A DNA stretch of 64,000 nt, taken from assembly GCA_951406725.2 (NCBI GenBank), contig OX597824.1, positions 34,658,001-34,722,000 on the forward strand, written 5' to 3'. Below are positions 40,238 through 53,325 of the stretch, in pieces (the first letter of the stretch is position 1; each line of letters begins with the position of its first letter). The DNA is from Octopus vulgaris. Its lineage: Eukaryota. The notes beneath the pieces are model-generated. The model was given only the letters and a program-made list of their open reading frames with translations. It was not told the origin of the DNA and ran no database searches. The position numbers were made by a program, and so were the translations under genes.

Positions 40238-40321
40238 GGCGAAGGTAAAGAATATGCCCACCCGTGTTTAGGGTTAGGGTTACGCCGAAAACGGGTGGTG
40301 TGCGTATTCTTTACCTCTGCC
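40238..40321. mobile_element. 84-bp mini-MITE with (TTAGGG)2 in the loop
   Basis: GGCGAAGGTAAAGAATATGC..CACCCG / CGGGTG..GCGTATTCTTTACCTCTGCC; ~9-bp TSD TAATATTTT/TAATATTTA. Confidence 0.75.
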
Positions 40322-40664
40322 TAATATTTAATTATACTATAATTAGATTATACTGTAATTAAATTAGTCGACGTATAATTTTATATATTATGTGCTCATT
40401 GAGACTATTCAATAACCGTTAGTGGTAAATCGAAGTTCAATGAAGCATCACTCATCATCTTGTATTGACACCTGTTGGATTATCAGAGCATCACCACAAC
40501 CACAATTTGTTATGCTAGGCCAGGCCTACTGAAGTAGACTTCTAACCAACTAAACGCACCCCAACTGTGACTATCCCGTCTTTTCCTCTGTACAGGAAGC
40601 CTCAAATCACTTTTCCCTCATGTCCTTATCCAAGGCGATAAGCAGTGATTTAATGAAAATTGGC

Positions 40665-41084
40665 GGATATTTTCGGTTTGAACGGCAGTTTTTTAAAATA
40701 ATTTCCACGTAACTAAACACTTTTAAACTTCGTATACTGGTAGAATGTGTTTATAAAACATCTTTTTCTTTTGGCTTTATTGAGAAAATTCTATAGTTTG
40801 TAAGATATTTGTTGTTGTTTTTTCTTCAATTTGTGCAATTTCAATGACGTCTATTGAGGTGAAAACATTCTGTGCCGTATAAATATGTCCCTCGTTTAAG
40901 AAACAGATTGGGTTTATTTACATTTCTGAAGAAAAAAAAATCCAGATTCCTTTCCTCCTAACCCTCACTAACCCTAACCCTAAAACAGATTGAAATGCAA
41001 TAGATCGATACTAGGGTCATAATTATGGGTGGCAATGTCATATGACACCGCTAGAAAAAACTGCCGTTCAAATCGAAAAGATCC
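40665..41084. mobile_element. MITE with 8-bp TSD
   Basis: TIR GGATATTTTCGGTTTGAACGGCAGTTTTT / AAAAACTGCCGTTCAAATCGAAAAGATCC; perfect TSD AAATTGGC; internal TAACCC repeats. Confidence 0.88.
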
Positions 41085-41329
41085 AAATTGGCTGCTATTT
41101 CTAGCGGGTCAAGCGATTACGCAGGAAGAGGGCCTTTCGTTGGTTTGTCAAACACTTAAGTCAACAAATAAAACGAACGTGGCTGTGGTTTCAGTTTTAC
41201 AGTTACTTTGGGGAAGAAAAAAAACCTAATTAGTTTCCTCACAGTCTGGAAACGTGACATCAATGCACACACACACACACACACTATATTTTTACACATA
41301 CATATATATTTTTTCTTTTATCTCTTTTA

Positions 41330-41735
41330 CATGTTTCAGCCCAAAGGCTGTGGCCATGCGGGAGCACCACCAGTGAGGTCACCTTTTCAGTGACCATTCT
41401 TCTGTGATTGTTTTTGGTGAAAAAGGGAGTTCAACACAGCTTCTTTCCTTTGAGTTTCTTGCCTTGATACAGCTTCATCTGGGACCTTGGACAGCAGGAG
41501 ATCAAGTTGTTTCTTGAAAACGTCCATCCCCACTCCATGAAGATCCCTCAGATATTTTGGCAAGGCATTCAATAACTGTGGGCCCTTGAATCCTACTATA
41601 GTACATGGTCCTCACTCTAGACAGTGTGGCTGAGAGCTTTAGAACAGTTCAGTAACATCCAGTTTGGGGGTTAGTAAAGCTCTTAATGCAAGAGTTTGGT
41701 ACCAGGCCTTCCAGGATTTCCGATACATATATAGT
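41330..41735 (-). mobile_element. CR1-group LINE 3' fragment
   Basis: LPKYLRDLHGVGMDVFKKQLDLLLSKVPDE. Confidence 0.82.
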
Positions 41736-42648
41736 AGCTGTCGGCTGTTCAAGTGCATGTTATCAAATGGAAAAACAGTATGAATCACCATAAGACATTT
41801 TTGTGTATAAATATATTGTTTATTTCGTGTTCACCTTTTGTGATAGAAGCATGTAGTATGATATAAAAACGTGTGTTTACATACAAAGAAAGTTTTGATT
41901 TTTGCTTTTGCACTGAAAGAAGTAACATATAATATTTGTATTGCAGTATGTATGCATGCGTGTAAAGAGAACAGTCATTTTGAGAATGTGCGTATGATAA
42001 AGTATCTTCATTTATGAACCATATATCTTGTGTTGAGGTGAATAGACATGTGAGTTGATCTGGGAGATTACATGTAGAGCTGCAGAGAGGACTTATGTTT
42101 TTGACTGAAGCCTAGCAGGAACTGAGAGTTTCTACAGTGTAACTCAGAATGAGGCTACTGTATCAAAAAGCGAGGCTAGATGCCTCATCGATATATTCGT
42201 CTGCTGTGCGGGTCAACTCACATATTACTATGTAACATGTAGCTCTGCTACATAGCCTCCTGCTAGACTTGAAAGAGTTGGAAAAAAATACAGATGGCGT
42301 ATGTAAATATGCAGTGCAAAAAGCAAGTAAGAACATGGAATACAAGCAGAATGATGCAATATAACAAAATATGAGAAACTGAAATGAAAGGACAAATCAT
42401 GGTAACGGTAAACAGAATATGAACACATAGAAATAAGCAAAATGTTCAAGTCTGTTATGTAAAGTTCGAAGGAATACTGTGAAGAACGAAACTGCGTCAT
42501 TGGTGATATGTGTTGAAAAGTCTTTGGTAAGTTCACAAATAGTTCATTATAGCTCAGATGTATATAGTTTTAGACAGCTTGGTGGACCAATGTACATATT
42601 TCATGTTGTACTGTGAATGTAGGGGGTGTATGAGGTGGTATTGTATCA

Positions 42649-42866
42649 AGGCGGCGAGCTGGCAGAAGCGTTAGCACGTCGGGCAAAATGCTTAACAGTA
42701 TTTCGTCTGCTGCTATGTTCTGCGTTCAAATTCCGCCGAGGTCGACTTTGCCTTTCATCCTTTCAGGGTTGATTAAATAAGTACCAGTTACGCACTGGGG
42801 TCGATATAATGGACTTAATCTGTTTGTCTGTCCTTGTTTGTCCTCTCTGTGTTTAGTCCCTTGTGG

Positions 42867-42870
<4 letters not shown>
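42649..42870 (+). mobile_element. Second tRNA-derived SINE family
   Basis: GGCGGCGAGCTGGCAGAA A box, GTTCAAATTCC B box, core GTCGACTTTGCCTTTCATCCTTTC; related fragment at 8630-8740. Confidence 0.8.
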
Positions 42871-42931
<61 letters not shown>

Positions 42932-43020
42932 TAGATAGATAGATAGATAGATGTACAAGTAATATGTATACCCATATATACATGCATACCTATATACACC
43001 CATACACACACATATACATA

Positions 43021-43185
43021 GGTGCAGGTGTGGCTGTGTGGTAACAAACTTGGTTCCAAAACACATGGTCCTGGCTTCCGTCCCACTGTGTGGTGGCTTC
43101 GCATGTGTCTTCTGCTATAGCTTCAGACCAACCAAAGCCTTGACAGTGGATCTTACAAACAGAAACTGATAGAATAAGTAACAGG
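43021..43185 (+). mobile_element. SINE head fragment
   Basis: Homologous to 26301-26450. Confidence 0.8.
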
Positions 43186-43288
43186 CTTATCAAATTAAAA
43201 AAAGCACTAGGCAGTGTCTCATATTTCTGTTTGCCCACTCAGTTGTATCTATCAATTTATCTTTGTGTGCATGTGTGTATACATACAT

Positions 43289-43321
<33 letters not shown>

Positions 43322-45581
43322 ACTCACACAGAAACACACACATATATATATACATGTATGTATATGTGCATATTCATATCTATTATATAAAAGACAATGC
43401 CTTTATGTGTGTTCGTGTGTTACTTATACATTCAAAAACTGCTGCCCCGATCCCAATGAAATTTAGAACACAAAATCCAAGCCTAGGGAGAAGGGTAATT
43501 CTGTGTGTTTCATACAATTTCATGGACCAAAATTACTGCATAGATCCTTATGATATTTGGAACTTAGATTCAATGCATCAGGGCGGGTATAATGCAATAT
43601 GTTTGGTTTGAATTTCAGATGGCTTAAATGGGGCAGACCCCCACGAAAATTCATAAATTTTCGATGTTTATAAAATTTCAACCACAGGTAATTGATACAC
43701 ATCAAGAACAATTCTCAAAGTTTCCACTTCTCATGAGGATTCTAAGACACCCTAATGGGGGTCTTAACTCCAAAATTTTAGTGATTTCTTTTATGATCCA
43801 AAACTAGGTCAAAAGTACTGAATGGATCTTTATGAAATTTGGAAATCATATTCTATGCATAAGGGCCATAACCCCCATGACAATTCATATATTTTTGCTG
43901 TTGATGACATTTTAACCATAGATATTAGACACAAATGCAGTAATATTTATAAAATTTCATCTTCTTACAAGTTAGAAACTCCCCTTCATGGGGACTTAAC
44001 ACCCACAATTTAGTCATTTTATTGGTTATTCAAAGACATTTATAGATTGTAAATTTATTCTGTCCAGTTACCTATCAGTATAGTGGTCATTTGCAAACTC
44101 CAGAGGTGACACTTTCATTTCTCCTTAGCCCTCACATCACACAGTTGTTAATGTTTATTTGAGTTGGGTCACATCCTTCCAATTGCTATAGATCCGTAAT
44201 GCATCTTACAACTGTGTTTCTGACATGCGTATATATAAATATACATATATATGTATATCTACTACAAATGTGGAAAATCGGTATGTGCTTGTTTGTGGCA
44301 TTGTTAGCTAACTCCTCCTACATTGTTTAATTCATTTTGATAAAACTTGACACAGGATTAGAACTCATGTCTGGAAATCTCGTGACATACTTAAGTTGTT
44401 GAAAAATCAATAATACAGCCCCTGGAAGGGACCTTTATATCTACCTCATATAAGTGATTTTTTTTTAACCACCCAAGGGAAATAACTTATTTCATTGTTT
44501 ATGTTTGATTACTTTGAATATTGATTTTTTGGTGTGTCCTATTGCTATTTTTTGCAGACAATATCACTTTTATACTTTATTTCACATGTGAGTAGAACTC
44601 ATGTCTGGAAAGCTCGTGACATACTTAGATAGTTGAAAAATATCGATAATAGGGCCTTTCCAATGGATGCTTGTGTCTACTACATATTACTAATATTTTA
44701 TTTAATCAACCCAAGGGAAATAACCTATACCATCTGCAGATTTTAGCAAAGTGATCAATATTTGATTCTCACGATCAGCGGACCTAATTCTGCATTACTC
44801 ACAGTTTTGAACTGCTAAACATTATTATTGCACTTTCTTAATTTGAATCGTAAACATTAAAAACTTCATTCATACATTTCTAAACATACGTACTTTTTGG
44901 AACGCCCATTACTCTAATAATGCTGCATTTTTACAGTTACACATTTTTCCATGACGGCAGATAAATATTTTATTCCACAACGTGTTTGTAGTGGCTTCAT
45001 GCAGGCATAGCATGGATTCGATCCTTGATTGCCAAATTTCACTTAATCCTTCAACAGTGCTTTTCTCACAGTAAAACAATAGTTTTTCTGTGAATGACAA
45101 TAGTTATACATTTCCCAGCTGCTTTCGGTAAGCAGAATAATGTCTCTGCCTCTCACCAACCTCTGATAATCTTTCTCACCAACCTCTGAAAACCACTCTC
45201 GCCAACCTCCAACAATTTCTCCCTCCTCCAGCTGACAATTTTAACGAAATTGCTTTCTTATATCAGAGTAATAAGAAGTTTCAATAGAACATCTTTACCC
45301 CCGGGAATTACCAGGTACACCAGCTACTATATGTACATATATATCTATATTTACACATACAGATAGATAGATATACATGTATATTTATATGTAAAATATA
45401 TAGGGTAGCGAATTTTTTTAGAAATTTCACTACCAGTGGTCTAGCATGTATAAAAAGTCAATAGACAACATATTCTCAATATAAAATAGTGTACATTTAA
45501 ACACAAGAGTAACTACCTTTAACAGGTAGTTTTACATGTTAGAAGAAGCAGTCAAAACGACCAAAACCACATTTAAGAGCA

Positions 45582-45649
45582 GTTACTGATGAGAATTTCG
45601 CCTAGCAAATTACTTTATTTGCTAAATAAATTCGAAATCTAGGTATAAC
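45582..45649 (+). ncRNA. Minimal type-I hammerhead ribozyme
   Basis: Stem I GTTA/TAAC; CTGATGA; stem II GAATTT/AAATTC extended by TAGCAAAT/ATTTGCTA; GAAA; stem III T-CTAG-G; GUA cleavage triplet. Confidence 0.75.
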
Positions 45650-45664
45650 CATAAAAAAATAACA

Positions 45665-46545
45665 AGGTACTTCCCAGATTTTGTGCGATACTTCCATGAA
45701 TTCTCCTCGTCCTTTTGTACCAGAGACCCTCAGACAAACAATCTTCAGCACACTGCTTAACCTGTCACACCCTGGCATCACCACCACAGTGCTTGGTCAT
45801 GCACCCCTTGGCACATTCAACACACCAGATGGGTGTTTAAACCATGTACACATTAACCTTGTTGGACCATGGCCAGTCAGCCAGCCAGGGATATACCTAC
45901 CAGCTTACTTGCATTGATCGTTTCACACGTTGGCCGGAAACTATTTCTTTAGTAGATATCACCGCTGAATCTATTGCCAAAGCTTTTCTCACAGGATGGA
46001 TATCGTAGTACAGAGTCCCTAACACCTTCACTACCGACCATGGAAAACAGTTTGAATTGCAACTCTTCCACAAGCTCATGCAGACTATAGGTAACCACCA
46101 GTTACTATCCACAATCCAATGGTATGGTGCAACGATTCCACCATCAAATGACAGCTGCTTTGCATGCTTACCCAGATTGGCAGGGTTGGCTGTCGATCCT
46201 CAATAAAGGAGGATCTCAGTTATTCCCCAGCAGAACTAGTTAATGGCACACCTCCTTCATTGCTAGGCCAGATGTTGACCCCAGTGGATGTGTCTACACA
46301 AGACACTACTATGTATGTACACAAACTTTGCAAATACATGCAAAAACTGCCACCTGTGTCAAAACAACACCAAACCACTAAATCATCAATTCCAAAAGAC
46401 ATTGATTCTTTGACCCATGTGTTATTACGAAACGATGATGTGAAAATCCCTCATACCTCCATACACAAGACCCTATCGTGTCCTGTCACACACAGACAGA
46501 CTATATACCATAGACATTAATGGTAAAAAGGAAACTGTCTCAAAG
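45665..46545 (+). mobile_element. Degenerate Gypsy integrase fragment related to the 30-35 kb element
   Basis: CDTSMNSPRPFVPE, LSHPG, HVHINLVGPWP, CIDRFTRWPE, SPAELVNG. Confidence 0.85.
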
Positions 46546-47316
46546 ACGATTTGCTGAAGGCTGGAATGCCTTTGATGATAAGTTTGCATTATGGTAAATT
46601 TCTATATTGACACCACGCATGATTTTCACTAACCCCCCCCCCCGCAAAAAAAATTAGATTTTTTGTGTGGAATCAAGTACCCTGACCTTCTAATATGTTG
46701 CAAATCCCTTATTTTGGTTCTGAAAAAATGAGGTGGGGTTTCCCCTACCAATCCCGGAATCACTGGAAATTTGTTTTTTTCATTGAATGAATTCCTGTGA
46801 CCTCCTAATATTGCAAAATTAGGTTACTTAAGGTGAGCTTAGCAACTAATGGTTTTGGGGTCTTGTTGTTTGCAACTTTTGGTGAGCCATGGTACAACCA
46901 ACAACATGGTAAAAATCCCTGCCATTAATCTAGTGTGGATGGGTAATATCAAATAATTCAATCACAACATATATTTAAATTAATCATGAAAACAATTGAA
47001 ATATTATCATCACTTACCTGGAAAAATTGAAATATTATCTTTCAGTATCTTATAAGGTAAAATCTTAAATTATTAATTGACACATTATTAATTATCTTAT
47101 AACAGCAATGCCTGGAAAAATCAAGGATTACATGGAAAAATGCAAGCTTGAAAGTAATATTCTTAAGATTATAAACCTGGGAAAGTATAGGACAAGTTAT
47201 TACACCTATAAAACTATAGGACAAGCTATTCTAGTATAGGAAAGAATAAGAAACTTTTTACTTAAAATATTGCAGCTAAATTTGAAATTTGAATATTAAA
47301 ACTTATTTTCTTATAG

Positions 47317-47339
47317 TTTACAAATAACACTATACGTAT
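47317..47339 (+). CDS. Candidate micro-exon (19 or 23 nt; tandem donors)
   Basis: TTATTTTCTTATAG|TTTACAAATAACACTATAC|GTAT|GTAAGT. Confidence 0.4.
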
Positions 47340-47751
47340 GTAAGTAGACTTTGGTTAATTTACTACCTTAAATACAGAAAAAAAGTGAATAAGTACTAGG
47401 CTTACAAAGAATAAGTCCTGGGGTCAATTTGCTTGACTAAAGGTGGTGCTCCAGCATGGCCACAGTCAAATGACTGAAAACAAGTAAGAGAGTAAAAGAA
47501 TTAGACAAACTTACAAATTAGCTGAACAGTTTTGTACAATAAATTTAAAAGATGAGAACTGTAAAGAGGTATAAATTAGAAGAACTCGAATTCTTTGCTG
47601 CAATATTTTAAGTAAAAAGTTTCTTATTCTTTACTTTACTAGAAGTAATAGCTTGTCCTATAGTTTTACAGGACAAGTTATTAACTTGTCGTGTACTTTT
47701 CCAGGTTTATAATCTTAAGAATATTACTTTCCATGCTCGCATTTTTCCATG

Positions 47752-47788
<37 letters not shown>

Positions 47789-47929
47789 TGTATGTATGTA
47801 TGTATGCATGTATGTAGGTATGTAGGTATGTAGGTAGGTAGGTAGGTAGGATGTAAAACCTGCTCTATGTATATATATGTGTGTGTGTGTGTATGTGTAT
47901 ATATATATATATATATATGTATATGTACA

Positions 47930-48640
47930 CTCAGGGAACTTTTGTGCGCTCATGATTGCGATCTTGTCAGTCATTCTGCAATCTCTTGTATCTGCATTTG
48001 ACTCGGCTTGTGAAGATTTTGGCTTGACCATCAACTTGAAAAAAAACCAGTTGTAATACATTAACCTGCATGTAGTGCTGTTTGTAACCCCCCGGGAATG
48101 TTATTTGAGGTTGTCGATCCGTTCATCTGCCTTGGAAGCTCTGTTCAAAATAATGGAAATCTTGATACAGAAATACAGCTGCAAATTCAAAGGGCAGCAA
48201 AAACATTTGGTGGCTTGGAGTCATGTGTTTGGTGCCAGTGACATAAATTAGAATATAAAGCTGGCTCTTTACAAATCATTTGTCTTACCATCCCTGTTGT
48301 AATCCTGTGAAACTTGGACTTGTTATGAAAGGCATTTTAAATTGCTAGAACAATTCCACCAAAAATGCCTTCATCACATTTAAAAAATTAAATTGAGTTC
48401 TTTTACTCCAAAGACAGATGTCCTTGCATCTGTAAGCATCACCTCTATTAAAGCTATGATTTTGAGGAACCAGTTGAGATGGTGTGGCCATATTGTTTGA
48501 ATGGCAGATGAACGCATGCTGAAACAGCTGTTTTATGGTGAGCTTGCAGAGGGGAAATGCTAACGGCATAAACCTAAAAAATTGTTTAAGGACAGCTTAA
48601 GGACAACTATGAAGTCACTGGAAATGTTCCTAGAAGATAT
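47930..48640 (+). mobile_element. RTE/BovB-type LINE RT C-terminal fragment, degenerate
   Basis: FGLTINLKK, SCETWT, LEQFHQKCL, LRWCGHI, KQLFYGEL. Confidence 0.82.
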
Positions 48641-48725
48641 AGTACATATATATGTATAATGTATATATGTACATATATATGTATAATGTATATATGTACA
48701 TATATATGTATATGTATATATATAT

Positions 48726-49110
48726 ACTAGCAGTATCGCCCGGCGTTGCTCGGGTTTGTTTCGACCCACTGGAATTGGAATTTTTGGAAAGTAAAAATTT
48801 TGCATTATGTAGCTTGTTATTCTCTTTAAGTGAACATTTTTCTGGTTGAAATACACCGCAAAGTGGCGACACAGCAGTGAAAAAATCGTAAAAAATAGGG
48901 ATTTTCATAGAAAAAAAGCACCTTTTTGATGTAAATAATTTTTGGTGTTAACATGGTCCGAGTTGAATTTTATCTACTACGGAAGGAAGAGTAACTCTTC
49001 TTCTATCATACTCTCAATTTTGGTCAACTTGCGCCGCAGGGTCTCGGAGAGATAGTGTTCGTTGAAGGCTACCAAACCTGCCGCACACAGACAACTTCAG
49101 CTTTATATAG
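48726..49110 (+). mobile_element. Non-autonomous Helitron-like (Lep1/HINE-type) repeat
   Basis: ACTAGC...CCCGGCGTTGCTCGGG 5' hairpin and GCTTTATATAG 3' end; a similar opposite-strand element spans ~43380-45330. Confidence 0.5.
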
Positions 49111-50339
49111 AGAGAGATAACACACATACATACACACACACGCATGGATGTATGTATGTATATATGTACATCTGTCCACTTCTTGCCATATTTTTATCCT
49201 TCACTTCCTACACACACACATTCTCTCTCTCACACACACACACGCACGCACACATACACACACACACCTTCTTAGCTTACAATTTCTTTCTTTCAACAAT
49301 TTACAACTGAAGTACGCTCGCCAATGAATACTACCAAAAGTTAGCGACAGATCTGTGTTTCCTTTTATCTTTTTTTGAGGATTGGTTTAAGCATTAATAA
49401 GAGAAAGTAGCAGAATGTGTGATGTTGAATTAGAGTTGCAGAAAGAGGATATGATAGTGGTATACACTTGCAAACAGAAAGTAGGAGAAAGTGTGGTAAT
49501 AGCAGGAGTAAAGCATTTAAAATGAGAGAGGCAAATCGTAAAATATTGAGTTTTCTCGAATTTTTGCTGAATTGGGGGTGAAATTGAAAAAAAAATTTAC
49601 ATGCTATGACCCAATCGAATCTACTTCGAAAAATCATAGGTAAATTCCAATTGAAGAAATTCTATATTGTAGAATTGTATTAAAAACAAACTATGTGGGA
49701 GGCACGGAAAATCTGCCTTTTATCATAAGAGATAAATGTATATATGCATATATATACTGTTTGTTGTTTACACACATGTCTTTGTCTTTTGTTGTTGTTT
49801 TTTTGTAAATTCTCACTATATATTACACGCTCACATGGTTGCACGAGTTTTATCCTGTCTCCACCTCCTTCGAACTTTTCTTGGACTATTCTGCCTGGAT
49901 TCTCCACCTGGACTTTCTCCTACACTCAGACTCCTATACTTTGGCTGCACCTCTTCTACCCATGGATTACACTGGACTCTTACTTTGATGAGAAATCGCT
50001 CCAATACACCAAGGCATTTGAACCTTTTGAACTTTTCTAAACATTTTTGTACTTTCTGATTTTTCCTATTGTCATTTCTCTCAATCTGCACTTGTTACCT
50101 TGCCTCTCTCTCCCTCCCTTTCCTTGTCCCTTTTGTCTTCTCTTCTCCCTTTCTTCCCCTTTCTCTTTGTTTCTTCCTTCTTCCTCCTTTCTTTGCTTGT
50201 TTTTATTTTTTCTCCTCCCACCTCCTATATTTTTTTCTCCCCACACCTTTTGAATTTTTCTTCCTCACATCTTTATTTGCCTTTCTCTCTCCCCCCTTTC
50301 CCCCCCTTTTTCTCCTTTCCTCTTCTCGTTTTTCAAACA

Positions 50340-52810
50340 TGCCCAATTACAAACCTTTCTTCCTCCATCTCCACCACTGCCTAAAGAAACACCTTTCTGC
50401 ACCTCCTTTCCACTGCTTTCAACCTTCTATTAACCTTTCCCTACTAATTAAAAAAAAAACATGCTTCTGTAGCCACCTTTCCTTTCTCAGTCACTGCCTC
50501 ATCCCTAAAGGTTTCCGCCTTCATTTCCACCATACTCTCTACTCTGCTTCAACCATCCTACCCTTACTTTGTACTACATCCTACCACCTTATGTGCACCT
50601 CCATTCGTTCTAATCTCTCCAAAATACACACCATCGACCGCCTTCTCCCTCTGTCTTTAACCATCTTCTTCTCCTCTCAGTCAACCTCCTGTGCTAACAC
50701 TACTTTGCATAATTCATTTAAATCATCTCTTTCATCAATTTCTCACTCACACTAAACAATGCAAGCTCCACTCCTCCATTCCATCACACCTGATGCCACT
50801 ACCCCAACTCCTCCTTTACCCCTCTCCCTCCCTGTTACAATCCCTCATCCTCACCAAACCTCCCGTCCCTTCCAACCCCTACTCACATACCCTCCTTCCC
50901 AACCTTCCACCCCACCCACTTCTGTCTCATCCACCCCTTCTCCACTTCAGTCTGTTGTTACCATTCTTTCAGATCTTCCCCTCTCTGAGGTGGAGCACTC
51001 CCTCCTCAGTAGGGGTCTGCGCTTCATCCCCCTCACTCCATCCAGCAACGAATTTTGGACTCATGCTGATATCCACAGCTTTGTGCACTTTTCCACGACA
51101 CACCACCTGCATCTAATGAGGAGGGCTGCTTCACCAGCCTGGACCGCCAACCATTCGAGTGGACGCCAGCTCCTGGCCAGTTCCAAGCAGTCAATCTTTT
51201 TGCGAGCCCCTGCCAGTATGCTGTGGACCAGTTTGACTTTTCCAAGCATCCCCAACATCTCCCCCCACTGCCTCTAACCTCATTGTCCACATCCCTTGTA
51301 CTCCCACAATTTACTTCCTCCTCCAAATCCACAAACCTAACAACCCTGGCCGCTCCATCATCTCCACCTGCAACTGCCCTGCCAAACTCATCTCCAGATA
51401 TCTTGACTGTGTCCTTGCCTTCCTAGAAGCTTCCCTCCATGACACCAGCCATGATCTTCGTTTGTTCAACTCTTTCCCCTTCCCTCCTAGCCCCTCTAAA
51501 CTTCTCTTCACTCTTGATATCAAGACTCTCTACATGGTGGTCCCTCACCACGAGGGGCTGCGTGCACTCCAACATTTCCTTGACCTTCGACTGAACCCCC
51601 AACCTGACACATCCACACTCCTTCCTCTGACCAAACTTGTCCTCTCACCTAACTGCTTCAGGTTCGTGGGTAATTTTTACCAGTAGGTCTTGGGAGTGGC
51701 CATGGGAATGAGAATGGGCCCCAACAATGTGAACCTGTTCGCTGGCTATGTTGAAGCCCAAATATTCTCAAGTTTTACTGGTTCCACTCCTGAACTATAC
51801 AGTCGTTATATTGACAACTGTATCAGTACGACCTTACTCTCCTGCGAACATCTAGACTCTTTCTTCTCTTTTGTCAAATCTTTCCCTCCTGCCCTCCGCT
51901 TCTCCTGCACAATTTCTGACACCTCAGTTACCTTTCTCAACATTTCAGTCAGCATTCATCACTCCACTCTCACCAACCCTATTCACTATAAACACACAGA
52001 CTCAGACTCATACCTCAACTTCTCCTCCTACCCTAAACACACCAAGCTCTCCATCCCCTATTCCCAATTCCTCCATCTACACAAGCTCTGCAGTGACAAC
52101 CATGACTTTGAGACTTAGTCTCAACTCATGGCTCGCCACTTCATTCTACGTGGATATACCTTCACTACTATCCACACTGCCTTTGCCAGAGCACGTTCTG
52201 TGGACCATGCATCTGCTCTCTCCACTGCACCCACTCTGCCATCACCTGTCTCCCATTTCCCTTCACCTACCACCCCACCATCCAACCTCTCCAATGCACC
52301 ATTCTCCAAGCCTTCCGGCAACTCCAGTCCGACCCCTCCACTTTGCACATCTTCCCTCACCAACCCTCCCCTCCTTCAAATGAGCCCACAACCTACGAGA
52401 CCTCTTGGTTCGCAGCTTCTTCCCTAGCCCAACCTCCTAACCCAGGTCGTTCCCCTGCTCCCACCCACACTGCTACACTTGCCCTCACCTCTCCAACACC
52501 ACCCTCCTCACAGGCACCCATCATTGACTCTATCATAGCACTAACTCCTCTCACCTGCACTTCTAGCAACTGTATCTCCTGCTCACTCTGACCTTCTCTA
52601 TACATCGGTCAAAGAAGACACTGCTTGGCTGACCGGTTTGCAGAACATCTCCGAGACATCCAACTTGGCAACAACACCCCGGTCTTGCATAATGTCTGCT
52701 CTACTGGTCACTCTTTACAACACCAGTCTGTGTTTGGATTGTCCTTGTACAGGGGCCATCAGGACTCCCGTCTTCACCTTAAGGAGGTATTATTCTTCTC
52801 ACTTCACTCC
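50340..52810 (+). mobile_element. Degenerate Penelope-like element (RT + GIY-YIG)
   Basis: LIPKGFRL, LLSRGLRFIP, LFTLDIKTLY, GVAMGMRMGP, RYIDNC, SIPYSQFL, CTSSN..YIGQ, DRFAEHLRDI. Confidence 0.88.
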
Positions 52811-53309
52811 TTTGCTGGTGCATTTATGTCCCCGTAACTTAGCATTTCAGCAAAAGGAACCGATTGAATAAGTACTAGGCTTACAAAGAATAAGCCCTAG
52901 AGTCAATTTGTTTGACTTAAAGGTGGTGCTCCAGCATGGCTGCAGTTGAATGACTGAAACAAGTAAAAGAATAAAAGAATATGCAAAACTTAATGGTATG
53001 AGATTTTCTTGTGCCCATATATGTTACTTTCATGAAACTAACACAAAATTATATGATTGCTGAAACTGTTAAAGTTAGCATCAAAATCTTGCTGAAATCA
53101 TACTGTAGTGTTTTTAAAGTGGAAGATCACAATGAGTAATTTTGTTCTAGATATGTCTAAATAAAAAATGGGATTGACATGAGCTTGATCTCTTATTATA
53201 AGTTAACTTCAATATGGATGACTCAAAACTAGTTTAAAACGACAACATTGAAATTAAATTCCCTAAGAATGAAATATTTTTTTTAAATCCCTCTCTTTTT
53301 CCTTTTCAG

Positions 53310-53325
53310 ACACAGGCAGAAGTAT
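53310..53325 (+). CDS. Candidate micro-exon (12 or 16 nt; tandem donors)
   Basis: CCCTCTCTTTTTCCTTTTCAG|ACACAGGCAGAA|GTAT|GTAAGT; strong acceptor and donor in unique DNA. Confidence 0.55.

Noticed and set aside
42470-42510. CGAAACTGCGTC resembling a hammerhead 3' half
   Set aside because: The CUGANGA core and stems are missing.
47010-47030. Minus-strand TTTTTCCAG|GTAAGT resembling a recursive splice site
   Set aside because: No evidence that a minus-strand transcript spans this position; plausible by chance.
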